NCBI GenBank assembly: GCA_964252035.1 | Contig: OZ176205.1 | Reading direction: 5' to 3' (one strand) | DNA length: 64,000 nucleotides | DNA from: Podarcis erhardii | Lineage: Eukaryota | Shown here: piece by piece, positions 1-10,520 of the stretch | Layout of the letters: every line of letters starts with the position of its first letter | How positions within the stretch are numbered: position 1 is the stretch's first letter | The notes under the pieces: generated by a model | Seen by the model: only the letters and a program-made list of their open reading frames with translations | What the model was told of the DNA's origin: nothing | Databases searched by the model: none | Translations under genes and position numbers: made by a program

Positions 1-141
1 GTATCACAAAATGGACTTCAAACCAGTTTAGGCAACAGTCCTAGCAGGCGGTACAGGAGAAGGGGGGCTCCCTGGGCAGGGCAGTGGGCATGCATGCCTC
101 TGGCGCTCAGCGGCCTCTGCCTCCCCCCTCCCCCCCCCCAG

Positions 142-1490
142 ATTGCAGGCTATGTGAGCCAGCCAACGGTGGACGTCTCCATCCTGCAGCGCTCCTTGGC
201 CATCCTGGAGAGCATGGTGCTCAACAGCCAGAGCCTCTACCAGAAGATTGCCCAGGAGATCACCGTGGGGCAGCTCATTGCCCACCTGCAAGTGTGAGTG
301 GCGCCTCCAGCACCGCACATCCTGTCAGGGTGGGTGGGAGGAGGTGGGGAGCCGCCTGCCACTCACCCCCCCCCCTTGTGCCCCTGCAGCTCAAACCAGG
401 AGATCCAGACGTATGCCATTGCCTTGATCAACGCCCTCTTTCTGAAGGCCCCGGAGGACAAGAGGCAGGTGGGTGGCCGGGCAAGGGGCTGCCATGGGGA
501 GGGAGGGGAGGGCACCAGCCATTGCACTCCTTCGCTGATGGGGGGCAGGGAGGAGGAAGGTGCCTCCCCAGGTGGTGACTGGCCGGTCTGTGGATGTGCT
601 GCGTGGCACTGCGTCTCTGTGTCTGCCCGTCCCGTCCCCCCCGCCTGCTTGCCCGCCCGCCCGCCCGCCCGCCTGCCCTCCCTGCGAGGGTCTCTGTGCT
701 GACTCTTCTGCCGGCTTCTCTTTGTGTCTTTCTGCTTCCTGTTGTCCGCAGGAGAAGCTCCTCAACCCGCTAGACCTGCCTTGCACTGTAAGTAAATCCC
801 TCAGCCCAGGAGGTTCCTCTCTAAGAGCAAGCACTGGTGTTTTCTCTCTTCAGAGCCAGAAAGCGGGGTGGAAATGTCTTGGGAATAAATAGAGAGAGAG
901 AGACCCCCGTACCCTTCCTCTGCCTCCGCCTCAGAGGCAGCCTTCACCGTCTCCGTCTGTCTCCGTCTTTCCCTGTGTCTGTCTCTCTCTCGCACATCTA
1001 TCTGGCTTGCACACCTTGCACGTGTCCACAGGGAGAGGAGATTGTGGCCGCCCTTCTCCTCCCTGGTTCTTTGGCTGCTGTGGCGTTTTTGCCCTCCTGG
1101 ACAAGCTGGGCTGCAGCTCCTGGCTAATCTGGAGAGGGCAAAACCAGGGTGATTCTTTCTCTTCCCCGCTCCCACCCCTGCCACCGCTTGGGTCTGTGGT
1201 TGCATCCTGTGGGGTGTGTGCTCTGTGGGTGCACAGGGACGGGCCCAGAGGGAGTGCAGGTGGCCTGGGCTCCTTGGCGGGGCTGCTGAGGTGGGGGCTT
1301 TGGGGTGCAGCTTTCCTCCAGCTGCTGCTGCAGCTGCTTTGGGCGATGGACAGCCAGAGGACTCTCCAAGGGTGGGAGCAGCCCCTTTGCTGAATGGCTG
1401 CCTTTCCTGTGCTTGGAGCAGCCTGCCACGACACTGCTAGGCTGCTCAGCACCCTTCCCCCCCCCCCCAGGAGGTGGGGCACGGTTGGAG

Positions 1491-1533
<43 letters not shown>

Positions 1534-4500
1534 TTCTGTCAACCCCCAACAGGAGATGGCCAACGCCTTTGCTCAGAAGCACCTGCGCTCCATCATCCTG
1601 GCAGTGAGTAGGACCAGGCTTCAGCCTTGACATAGCCTTGCCTCTGGGCAACCATCTGAACCCCGTCTTGGGGTGCCCAGTCTTTGTGGTCCCCCCATTG
1701 CACGGTCTCTGGCCTGCAGGCTGTGGGTGTTTCTGGGTGCAGAGGGTGGGGGCTCCTGTTCCCCTCAACCAGGCGTGTCCCCCGCTGGTCAGGGGCCAGA
1801 AGGGGGACCTGGCCCTGCTCACGCGGGGAGGGGTTGGCAGGTGAGCCTCTTCCACCTCCTCCCTCCCTCTCCTCCCGCAGCACGTCATCCGGGGCAACCG
1901 CCCCATCAAGACGGAGATGGCCCATCAGCTGTACGTGCTGCAGGTCCTGACCTTCAACCTCTTGGAGGAGAGAATGATGACCAAAATGGACCCCAGCGAC
2001 CAGGTGATTGGCAGGACTGTGGCCCCCTCCATGTGAACGGCAGCCTCCGTGCTGGGCTCACGCTCTGCCCTCTCTCCTCGCTCGCCAGGCCCAGAGGGAC
2101 ATCATCTTTGAGCTGCGCAGGATCGCCTTTGACGCCGAGTCGGAGAGCAGCAGCCTCCCTGGGGGCGGGACAGAGAAGAGGAGAGCCATGTACACCAAGG
2201 ACTACAAGATGCTGGGCTTCATGGTAGGCAACCCCCCCCCAAGACCCTCAGGCCGGGGGTGGGGCATCTCCTCATGCAGCAGCCTCTTCTCCCCACGGTC
2301 AAGCAAGAGCCCCAGAGGGAACCAGCAGGCCAGACCAGAGCACAAGAGCAGCGCTTTCCCCTCCTGCCGTTCCAGCAACAGATATTTGATTCAATTTCAT
2401 ATTTATGGTCCACTTTTCCAGCCACAAATGTGGAGCTCAAAGCAGCTCACAATCATCACAATAACGTTAGAAAACAACAGACATTGCAGTTGCTATTCTG
2501 TCAAACACAATAACGTGTAAGTAAAGCAAACAATAACAAATTCATCAAAATGATTAATACAATTAAGTAAATTTATAGTATTTCAAAATGCCAGAAAATA
2601 TCAGAAATCGTTCATCAAAACTATTAATGCGATTAAAAATTCCCAAACTTGGGTCTCCAGCTGTTTTTGGACTACAGTTCCCATCATTGCTGGCCACTGG
2701 TCCTGCCAGCAAGTTTGCTAGCCCTCTCTTGAAGCTATCCTGTGGGAGAGAGTTCCACAGTTGAATTTTCCACTTCCTTTTCCCTGCCCTGAATCCCTCA
2801 GCAGTGGGGACCCCTTGGGGGCAGCTCCTTCCTTCTGCTGCTGACGGCAGCCATTGGTTTTTCTCCCGCGTAGAACCACATCAACCCTGCCCTGGACTTC
2901 ACCCAGACCCCGCCGGGAATGCTGGCCTTGGACAACATGCTCTACCTGGCCAAGTGCCACCAGGACACCTACATCCGGGTAAGCGGGGAGGGTGCCCCCT
3001 CTGCGAAGGCCGAGGCTCCTGGACCAGCCCCACCCCCCTCACTCTGCTCCCTTCCTGCCCCATAGATCGTCCTAGAGAACAGCAGCCGGGAGGATAAGCA
3101 CGAGTGTCCCTTTGGGCGCAGCGCCATTGAGCTCACCAAGATGCTGTGTGAGATCCTGCAGGTTGGGGAGCTGCGTAAGTGAAGTCGGATGAGGAGGGAG
3201 GGGGGAGCACCCACAGAGTCTTCTCTTGAGCACCTGTGCCAGAGGGGACCCTGAAGCTGCCTGTGCAGGAAAGTGGCCCCTGGACTGAAAGCCCCCCCCC
3301 TCCAACCAGGGAATTTACGTTGCTTGACTGTGGCCACGATGCCCCTCCCACGTACTTGGCTTCCTCCTCCTCCCTGGTGCTCCCCCCGAGGTGCCATCCT
3401 GGCTGTTCTGACCTCCCTCCCTCTCCCCACCCAGCCAACGAGGGCCGCAACGACTACCACCCCATGTTTTTCACCCACGACCGCGCCTTCGAGGAGCTCT
3501 TTGCCATCTGCATCCAGCTGCTCAACAAGACCTGGAAGGAGATGCGGGCCACGGCAGAGGACTTCAACAAGGTGGGGGTGGCCGTGGGGCAGAGGCAGGG
3601 GTGGGGGGTGGAGGCGGCAGCTGCACTCCAGTGGGCAGGGGTCTCCTCCCCTCTGCCCCTGGCACCTTCTCCTGCCTTCCGGCTCAGCTGGGCTATCTCC
3701 CCTCCCTCCTCCTCCATAAGAACAGAATGCTCCACTGGTCTGGCCCGGGGAAGGGGGGGGTCACACTTTGAAATAGCAAGGAAACCAAGAGACTAGCAAG
3801 CAAAAGCGCCTTGTAAGGACCCACAATAGGGCAGCCTTGCCAGCGAGCAAAGACTGCCTCAAAGGACATTTGAACAAAGCTTTTATTGGTATGCATCACA
3901 AAACATCATGGCATGAGGTTACAGGTCAAGGAGTGTCAAAAGTCCGGCTCCGCTCTGTTTTCATCTTTTGTACTTGTCTTCTGGCCTTCAGTAAAGAAAG
4001 GCCTGTTGACATTCCCTTATCTTCCTTCCGTGTCCCTGGAATGCTTCAAGGAGAAGCTTGCTTCGCCCTCCCGACTCTAAATCTACCTCCTTGGCTGGCT
4101 GTTGGTGCCCTTCTAGTAATACCAATAAGGTTCCCACCCTCCAGGGTCAGAGAAGCATGGAAATGCCATGCAGGAGGGAGGCCTGTGAGATCTGCAAAAG
4201 GCAGGAACACGAGAATCCAATCACTTGTGGATACATTGACACATCATCCTATAAAAGCGTGAAACAACTCGAGCCAAATTTGTACTGAGTCTAGCCCAGC
4301 ATCCTGTTTTCACAGTGGCCAGCCACATTGCCCATGATGGGAGGCTCATGAGCAGGATCTGAGTGCGAGAGAACTTTTTCCCACCTCAGGTTTCCAGCGA
4401 GGGCCATCAAGAAGCATTCCTGCTACTGACCAGGGAGGCAAAGCAGAGCCACTGTGGTCAGTGGCCTCAGTAGCCCTTTCAGAGCCACCCAGGCCATCCC

Positions 4501-7500
4501 TGCCTCCTGCAGGAGGAAGTTCCACAGGTTAACGATGCTCTGCGTGAAGAAGCCCTTCCCTCCCTCGGTCGTTGGATGTTCTCACACTTCTGGGAGAAGA
4601 GCTTCCCTCCTCGCCCCCCCCCCCCCGGTCTCCCTGCCAGGCGTAATTTTGCCCCCCTCTCCCAGGTGATGCAGGTGGTGCGGGAGCAGATCATGCGGGC
4701 GCTGCCCTCGAAGCCCAGCTCCCTGGACCAGTTCAAGAGCAAACTGCGCAGCCTCAGCTACTCGGAGATCCTGCGCCTGCGCCAGTCGGAGCGCATGAGC
4801 CAGGACGACTTCCACTCCCCGCCCATCATGTGAGCGGCCGCTTGGGGGGGTCAGGGCTGGGGGTGGTGCCTGGCAGGGGCAGCGGGGGTGCTCACTGGCT
4901 GCTGTGTGGCCGCCCCCCAGGGAGCTGCGGGAGAAGATCCAGCCCGAGATCCTGGAGCTCATCAAGCAGCAGCGCCTGAACCGCCTCTGCGAGGGGAGCA
5001 GCTTCCGCAAGATTGGGAACCGGCGGAGGCAAGGTGAGGGCAGCGGGGAGGAGAGGGCTGGGGGGGGGGAATCCTGGCCATGGCTGGCTCTTGCCTATGG
5101 GTCCCCCTTGGGGTCTTCCCTCTAGGGCATTTGCTCAGTTCCTGTGAGGACAGGCCTGATCCGGCTGGGCTAATCTTATGTCCTTATGGAACCTCCAGCT
5201 CCAGAGACAGTCTACCTTCATTCCTAGATTCTACGTTTAGGGAAGTTTTTGATGACTGATGTTTTAATGTATTTTTAATCTTTTGTTGGAAGCCGCCCAG
5301 AGTGGCTGGGGAAACCCAGCCAGATGGGTGGGGTAGAAATAAATCATAATCATAATTAGGCATTTGGCCCTCGTGGCTTGATGCCCCCCCCCCTTTGGGT
5401 CTTTCATTCTTTCCAAACCTTTCCAAACAGATGATTTTCTCCTCCAGCATAAATCAGAATCTTTTCAGGGGTGCCTCTTCACTTGCCAATTATGTCCGGA
5501 TTCAAAGGTATTCCACAGCTCACCATGGGAGCTTGCTGGGACTGTCCTAAGATGGAGCCATTGAGCCCAGTGCCCTTGCCTTTTCGTCTGGGAGATGGCG
5601 ATTTCCATCCCTTCTCACAAACAAACAAAAAGGCATTCACGGACGACTGCGGGTCGTGCCCTTTTGATCTCCTTGAAAGGTATGGGGCTACATGCCCCTT
5701 ACCCCCCATTAATCTCCGTCTGGGACTCCTCCTGGGCGCTAGAGCACCCGAGAGGGCAACTTGCCAGGTTTTCAGTGATTTCAGAGAAGGGGCCTCCCTG
5801 CCTTCTTATGGGCCGTGTGCTGCTGTTGTCGCCCCACAGAGCGGTTCTGGTTCTGCCGCCTGGCTCTGAACCACAAAGTGCTTCACTACGGGGATCTGGA
5901 GGACAACGCCCAGGGGGAGGTCACCTTTGAGGCTCTGCAGGAGAAGAGTGAGTGCCATGCCGGGGGGTGGGTGGTTAGGCGAGGCACTGGGCAGGGGCTC
6001 AATGACCACCCTCTGGGCAAGGGCCTCCTCCCAACTCTCTGTGGAAGAGGGAAGGGGCTTTCCCACTGTTCTTGCCCAGCCTGACCAGCAGCCCCTCTCT
6101 CTCGCCCAGTTCCCGTTGCAGACATCAAGGCTGTCGTCACTGGGAAGGACTGTCCGCACATGAAGGAGAAGGGGGCTCTGAAGCAGAACAAGGTAGCTGG
6201 CTGGGGAGGGGAGGAAGACCCGGGGGGGGTGTCCTTGGCAGGGGGTGGGGACTGGCCTCCTTGGCTCACCAGCCCCTGCTCTCCCTCTTCCCATCCGCAG
6301 GAGGCTCTGGAGTTGGCCTTTTCCATCCTGTACGATCCAGATGAGACCCTGAACTTCATAGCCCCCAACAAATACGAGGTGAGTCAGGAGGGGAAGCTGC
6401 CTTCCTCCCGACAAATGGCCCTGCTCCTGCAATGCGCTTCCTCCTTCTGGCTGCAGTTCCAAGAGTCATTGAATTGTAGAGGTGGAAGGCACACCAGGGG
6501 CCATCTAGTCCAGCCCCGCCATTCAGGAATCTTGGCTCAAGCATCCCTGACAGATGACTGTCCAACATCTGCTCAGTAACCTCCCGGGAAGGAGAGTCCC
6601 CCACCTCCCGAAGGGAGACCCTTCCACAGTCTAACGGCTCTTACTGCCAGAAAGTTCTTCCTGGTGTTTCACTGGAATCTCCTTTCTTTTAACTGGAAGG
6701 AATGGGTTTGAGTCCTGCCCTCCAGAGCAGGAGAAAACATGGGGCAGCCCTTGAGAGGTTTGACAATGGCTCTCATATCTCCTGTCACTTCCTCTAGAGA
6801 AAGGGCTGTTCTCTCTGAAGGAAGCCCAGGCCACTTTGGGCTTTGGGGCTTTCACAAAACCAGGGGAGAGCGTTTGTGGGTGAAGCAGAGACTGTCTCCT
6901 TTCTCTTGGGCCCAGAAAATCGAGAGGAGGACTGAAAGGGGGTGGGGGTCCTGCCTTTTATCCAGGAGGCTTTCTTGTGCCCCTGCCCCCCAGCTAGGGA
7001 AGCCATCCCTGGTCTCCATGTGGAGATTCTTAGAACAATCTCTGTGTCCGGCTGCCCCATCTGGGCTGCTCTTCCTCCATTTCCCCCCAGCTGCTTCTTC
7101 AGCCCCCCGCCCTTTACTCTTTCCTCTCCGTCAACCTCAGCTCCTTTTTTAAAACCTTGCAGGGCTGACCATGTAGCTGCCCACCAACTTCCTTCCTGCC
7201 TCTCTCTCTCTCTCTTTCGCCTGCCTCTGCAAAGCTGCTCAGTCTCTGGAGAGTCAAGGGGGGGGGGGGAGAGACATGAACCCCACCATGCAAAATGGAA
7301 GGGAGCTCAGTGGCTGAGGAGAGAGGGATGTGGCAGGGTTTGAGGAGCCTGATTTTCTTGCTTGGTTTTGTTCTGAAATAATGTGTATTGCTTTCCAAAA
7401 TGAAAGGTTATGCAAAATTCTGCAAATTGCAGTGTTATCAGGCAGGATCTGGTGGCAATATACAGTCCATGTACAGTTATGGATCACGGCCAGGTAAAAC

Positions 7501-8102
7501 AAGGCAGGAAATAAAACCCAAAGAAATTAAACGGCAGGTCTGTGAGTGCATGGAAGGGGGCATAATGGCAGAGACAAGGTGAGGGGGCAAGACGTGGACC
7601 CCGTTGTCTCAAGGGAAAGGAAGGAAGGTTATTAGATGCCATGTGGACCTGGGAAGATGTTCTTGGATGAGGCCCCTGAGTCCGGCATCCTGTTCTCCTT
7701 GGGAAGCCCTTCCTGGGAGGTTGGTGAGCACATGACCCTCGGGGTCCCTTCCAACCCCACAATTCTATGATGAAGGAAGCGGGGGCAGGTGTCCCCTCCC
7801 CCCGCAAGATGTCAGGGGGCATGAGGAGGGGCAACCAGGCCACACGCCCCCCCCCCCCTGGTCCCTCCTGGGGTCTCAGGTGCCTCCTCCCCTCCCCGCA
7901 GTACTGCATCTGGATTGACGGCCTGAACGCCCTCCTGGGGAAGGAGATGGGCAGCGACCTGACCAAGAGCGACCTGGACACGCTGCTCAGCATGGAGATG
8001 AAGCTGCGCCTGCTGGACCTGGAGAACATGCCCATCCCGGAGGTGCCCCCGCCCGTCCCCAAGGAGCCCAGCAGCTACGACTTCGTCTACCACTATGGAT
8101 GA
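142..8102 (+). CDS. ELMO2: Engulfment and cell motility protein 2 (5'-partial; 14 constitutive coding exons in window, 545 aa + stop)
   Basis: Exons 142-293, 390-468, 1553-1603, 1881-2003, 2089-2223, 2874-2978, 3066-3174, 3435-3571, 4666-4829, 4921-5033, 5840-5947, 6110-6192, 6301-6378, 7902-8102 (TGA 8100-8102). All introns are GT-AG, phases are consistent and the total is 1638 nt. Translation ([30 protein letters not shown]...[22 protein letters not shown]...[14 protein letters not shown]) matches ELMO2 as I know it, including the ELMO and PH domains. Position directly upstream of SLC35C2 also supports ELMO2 over ELMO1/3. Confidence 0.97.
752..787 (+). CDS. ELMO2: ELMO2 36-nt in-frame cassette exon ([12 protein letters not shown])
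   Basis: Long pyrimidine tract ending in CGCAG at 747-751, 12 stop-free codons, consensus donor GTAAGT at 788. Phase 0/0, lying between ...EDKRQ and EMANAF... Confidence 0.85.
1495..1529 (+). repeat. (CT)n microsatellite forming the polypyrimidine tract of the ELMO2 exon at 1553
   Basis: Uninterrupted CT dinucleotide run seen directly. Confidence 0.95.
5215..5356 (+). mobile_element. L2-like LINE 3' end fragment (similar copies ~18250-18400, ~26335-26470, ~38325-38375)
   Basis: Recurrent motif gaagccgcccagagtggctggggaaacccagccagatggg followed by an A/T-rich (TAA-like) tail, seen at several places in the window. Family name from recollection of squamate repeats. Confidence 0.65.
6466..6795 (-). 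mobile_element. CR1 LINE 3' fragment in the last ELMO2 intron
   Basis: Reverse complement matches the 3' end of the long CR1 at 41596-43974 (gagattcctg...ctagatgacc...ttccaactctacaattc...). Confidence 0.8.
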
Positions 8103-8858
8103 CGCCCCTCCCTCGGCAGCAGAGGGGGGGAGGGGGGCAGCCTCCGGCCCCCTCCAGCGCATGCCCAGGACCTCTTCTTCTTGCTGGGGGGGGGGCTCCT
8201 CTCCAACTGCGGAAGGAGGGATCCTGCTGGGCAGTCACGTTTGAGGGGGTTTTTTTAATGCTACAAGACTCTCCCCTCTATGGCAGCTGTTCTCCGCCCT
8301 GCAGCAGGGCCAGAGCCAGAGCCCGGCTACTCCAGAATCAGCCGGCTGCGCTGGAGGGCTGAGCGTGCTCTGAAGCCCCCCCCCCCGCCCCCCCCGTGGC
8401 ATTCCCTGCAGAGCCGTCCTTGGTGTGCCTTTGCCTGATGTGCTTGGCCTGAGGCTGCTGGTGGCTCTTGCCTTCCCTGGGAAGGGGGCATGGCAGATGG
8501 GGGCTGGCAGCAGAGCCTCATCCATGACTGTCTCTGGGGCCTGCCTTGTAGGGGGCTGGGCGAGATGACCCCTGGGGACCCTTTCCAACTCTACCATTAC
8601 ATGATTCTCTTACTTTCCAGGCAGGCAGGCAGGGGCTCCATCCTGTGAGTCTGCTGCCGCCCAGTGAACCCCGCAGTGGCAAATGCAGCCCCTGGTACAG
8701 CTTCTGCCCCCCCCCATCTAGGCTCCCCTGGGTGGAAGAGCACTGAGCCCCCCCCCGACCCAAGAAAGGCTGCCAGCCTAGCTGCTTTGACCTGGCAGTG
8801 GGGCACAGTGCACAGGCTGGACCTGGCATGCCCCTCCCCCGCCCTCCCCGACCTTTGC

Positions 8859-8864
8859 ATTAAA
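8859..8864 (+). terminator. Candidate ELMO2 polyadenylation signal (ATTAAA)
   Basis: ATTAAA about 760 nt after the stop codon, followed by T/GT-rich sequence (ggctgttttcctcctttttgc). I saw no other canonical hexamer between the stop and the next CpG island. Confidence 0.55.
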
Positions 8865-9539
8865 GGCTGTTTTCCTCCTTTTTGCGGCTCCTGTTTCCTT
8901 CTTGCACAGACCAGGCTGTGGGAGGGGAAGACTCTGCCCAGGCTGAAGCAGAAGCGGACTGTTCCCTGGGAGGGAAAAAGGGCTTCCTGCTTCTTGTGGG
9001 TGCCAGTGCCTCTCCCCACCCCCCACCCCAGGCAGAAGTGAGAGCTGCCTGGTGAAGATGGTGCCAAAATCCTGGATTTCAGAGGAGAAGTGAGTGGGCA
9101 GCAACACGTCCCATTTCCCCTCTGAAAACTGGGAGTAAAGACCAGAGGTTCTGCTCATGCAGGTCTTATTTTGAGCAGAATATGGGTGCTTGTGAGTCTT
9201 CCTGCGATTTTGGAAGACTGGGGACATGGACCCCTGCTTGCGAGGGCAGCCGAACCCCTCTCTGCCTGCTTGGGAGGAGGCAGGGGGCTGTGTCTTTCCT
9301 GCCCTGTGGGCACAATCGCCCCTGCTGCCCCCCTGCTCCCTTTTTGGGCCACTTCCTGAAGGGGGGCGGGCGGGGGGTCTAGCTGGCCAGGGGCCCATGG
9401 ATGCCTTGCAGGGCCTGGACTCCCACCCCTAATTGGTGAGGATTCTGGGAGACACTTGGACCCGGGGCCCATCCTTGGATGTTTGGGGTGATCCTGGAAG
9501 AGCTGCTGAGACAAGGATGCTGCAGAGGTTTCCCAGGAG

Positions 9540-10520
9540 CAAGCCGCGCCAGGCTCAAGGCCGCTCGGTATCTTCCCGCTGGGTCCCTCCGGGAAAGGTG
9601 GTGCGTGTTGTAGCGCAGGGAGAAGGGGATCGGGCCCCACGGCTGCGTCGCTCGCCTCCCAGCCAGCCCGGGGGGACCCGGGGCAGCAGCCCCACTCGGC
9701 CCCCGGCGGCAGCAATCCGAGTCGGGACCCGGGTTCGAATTCCCCCCCGGCCCCTGAGGGCCACGGGGAGGAGTAACCCTGCGCCAGCCGCTGCGTCCGT
9801 CGGCCTGGCCTGCCTGGCAGGGAGGGGGGGGGGGCCAGAAGCGGGGCGAGAAGCCGAGGGGCGGGGCGGGCGGGGCGGGGCTGCTGCCGGCCAGGGTGCA
9901 GCGACGGGCAGGCGCCGCCAGGAGCCGCTCGTCTTCGCTCTGGCGCGGCGAGTCGATGTGGGCCCGCCGGAAGGGGCGGGTCCTGTGGCCGGAAGCGGCT
10001 GTCGGGAGGGCGCGGCGTGGGGATGCGGCCCGCGGGGGGCGGCGCGGGGTCGGCGGCGCGGGCGGCGGGGCTGGTGCTGCTCTACTACGCCTTCTCCATC
10101 GGCATCACCTTCTACAACAAGTGGATCATGAAGGTGGGCGGGGGGGGAGGGGGAGGGAGGACCAGGCGCCCCTCCCCCCCGCCCTCCCCCCCCCGGCTCA
10201 CCCCCCTCTCCCTCCCCTCCCCTCCCCCGCAGAGCTTCGGCTTCCCGCTCTTCATGACGCTGCTGCACCTGCTGGTCATCTTCGCGCTCTCGGGCCTGGC
10301 GCGCCGCTGCGCCCGGAGACCCGCCCGGCCGCTGCTGCCCTGGGCCGCCTACCTGCGCCAGGTGGGCCCCGCAGGTGAGGCCGCCCCCCCCCCGCCCTCT
10401 GCTCCCGGGAAGGCAGCGCCGGATCTGCCTATCAGCTCAACAAGCTCCCACTTCGAGGTCAGGGGACCCGGACCAGGAGGGCCAGTCGGGGCCGACTCGG
10501 GGGTTGCGCGCTCATCTCGC
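9540..10520 (+). promoter_or_regulatory. CpG-island promoter of SLC35C2
   Basis: CpG-dense stretch spanning the first two coding exons. Two ETS/GABP cores CCGGAAG (9967-9973, 9989-9995) flank a GC box GGGGCGGG (9973-9980) just upstream of ATG 10023. Confidence 0.8.

Noticed and set aside
4630-4665. Alternative upstream acceptor (CAG at 4638-4640) for the ELMO2 exon at 4666
   Set aside because: It would add 25 nt and shift the frame; the 4666 acceptor restores the conserved VMQVVREQ.
9715-9760. tRNA B-box/T-arm-like GGGTTCGAATTCCC in the SLC35C2 promoter
   Set aside because: The T-stem does not pair properly (G-T then C-C), and there is no acceptor stem, D-arm or anticodon arm. Not a tRNA gene.
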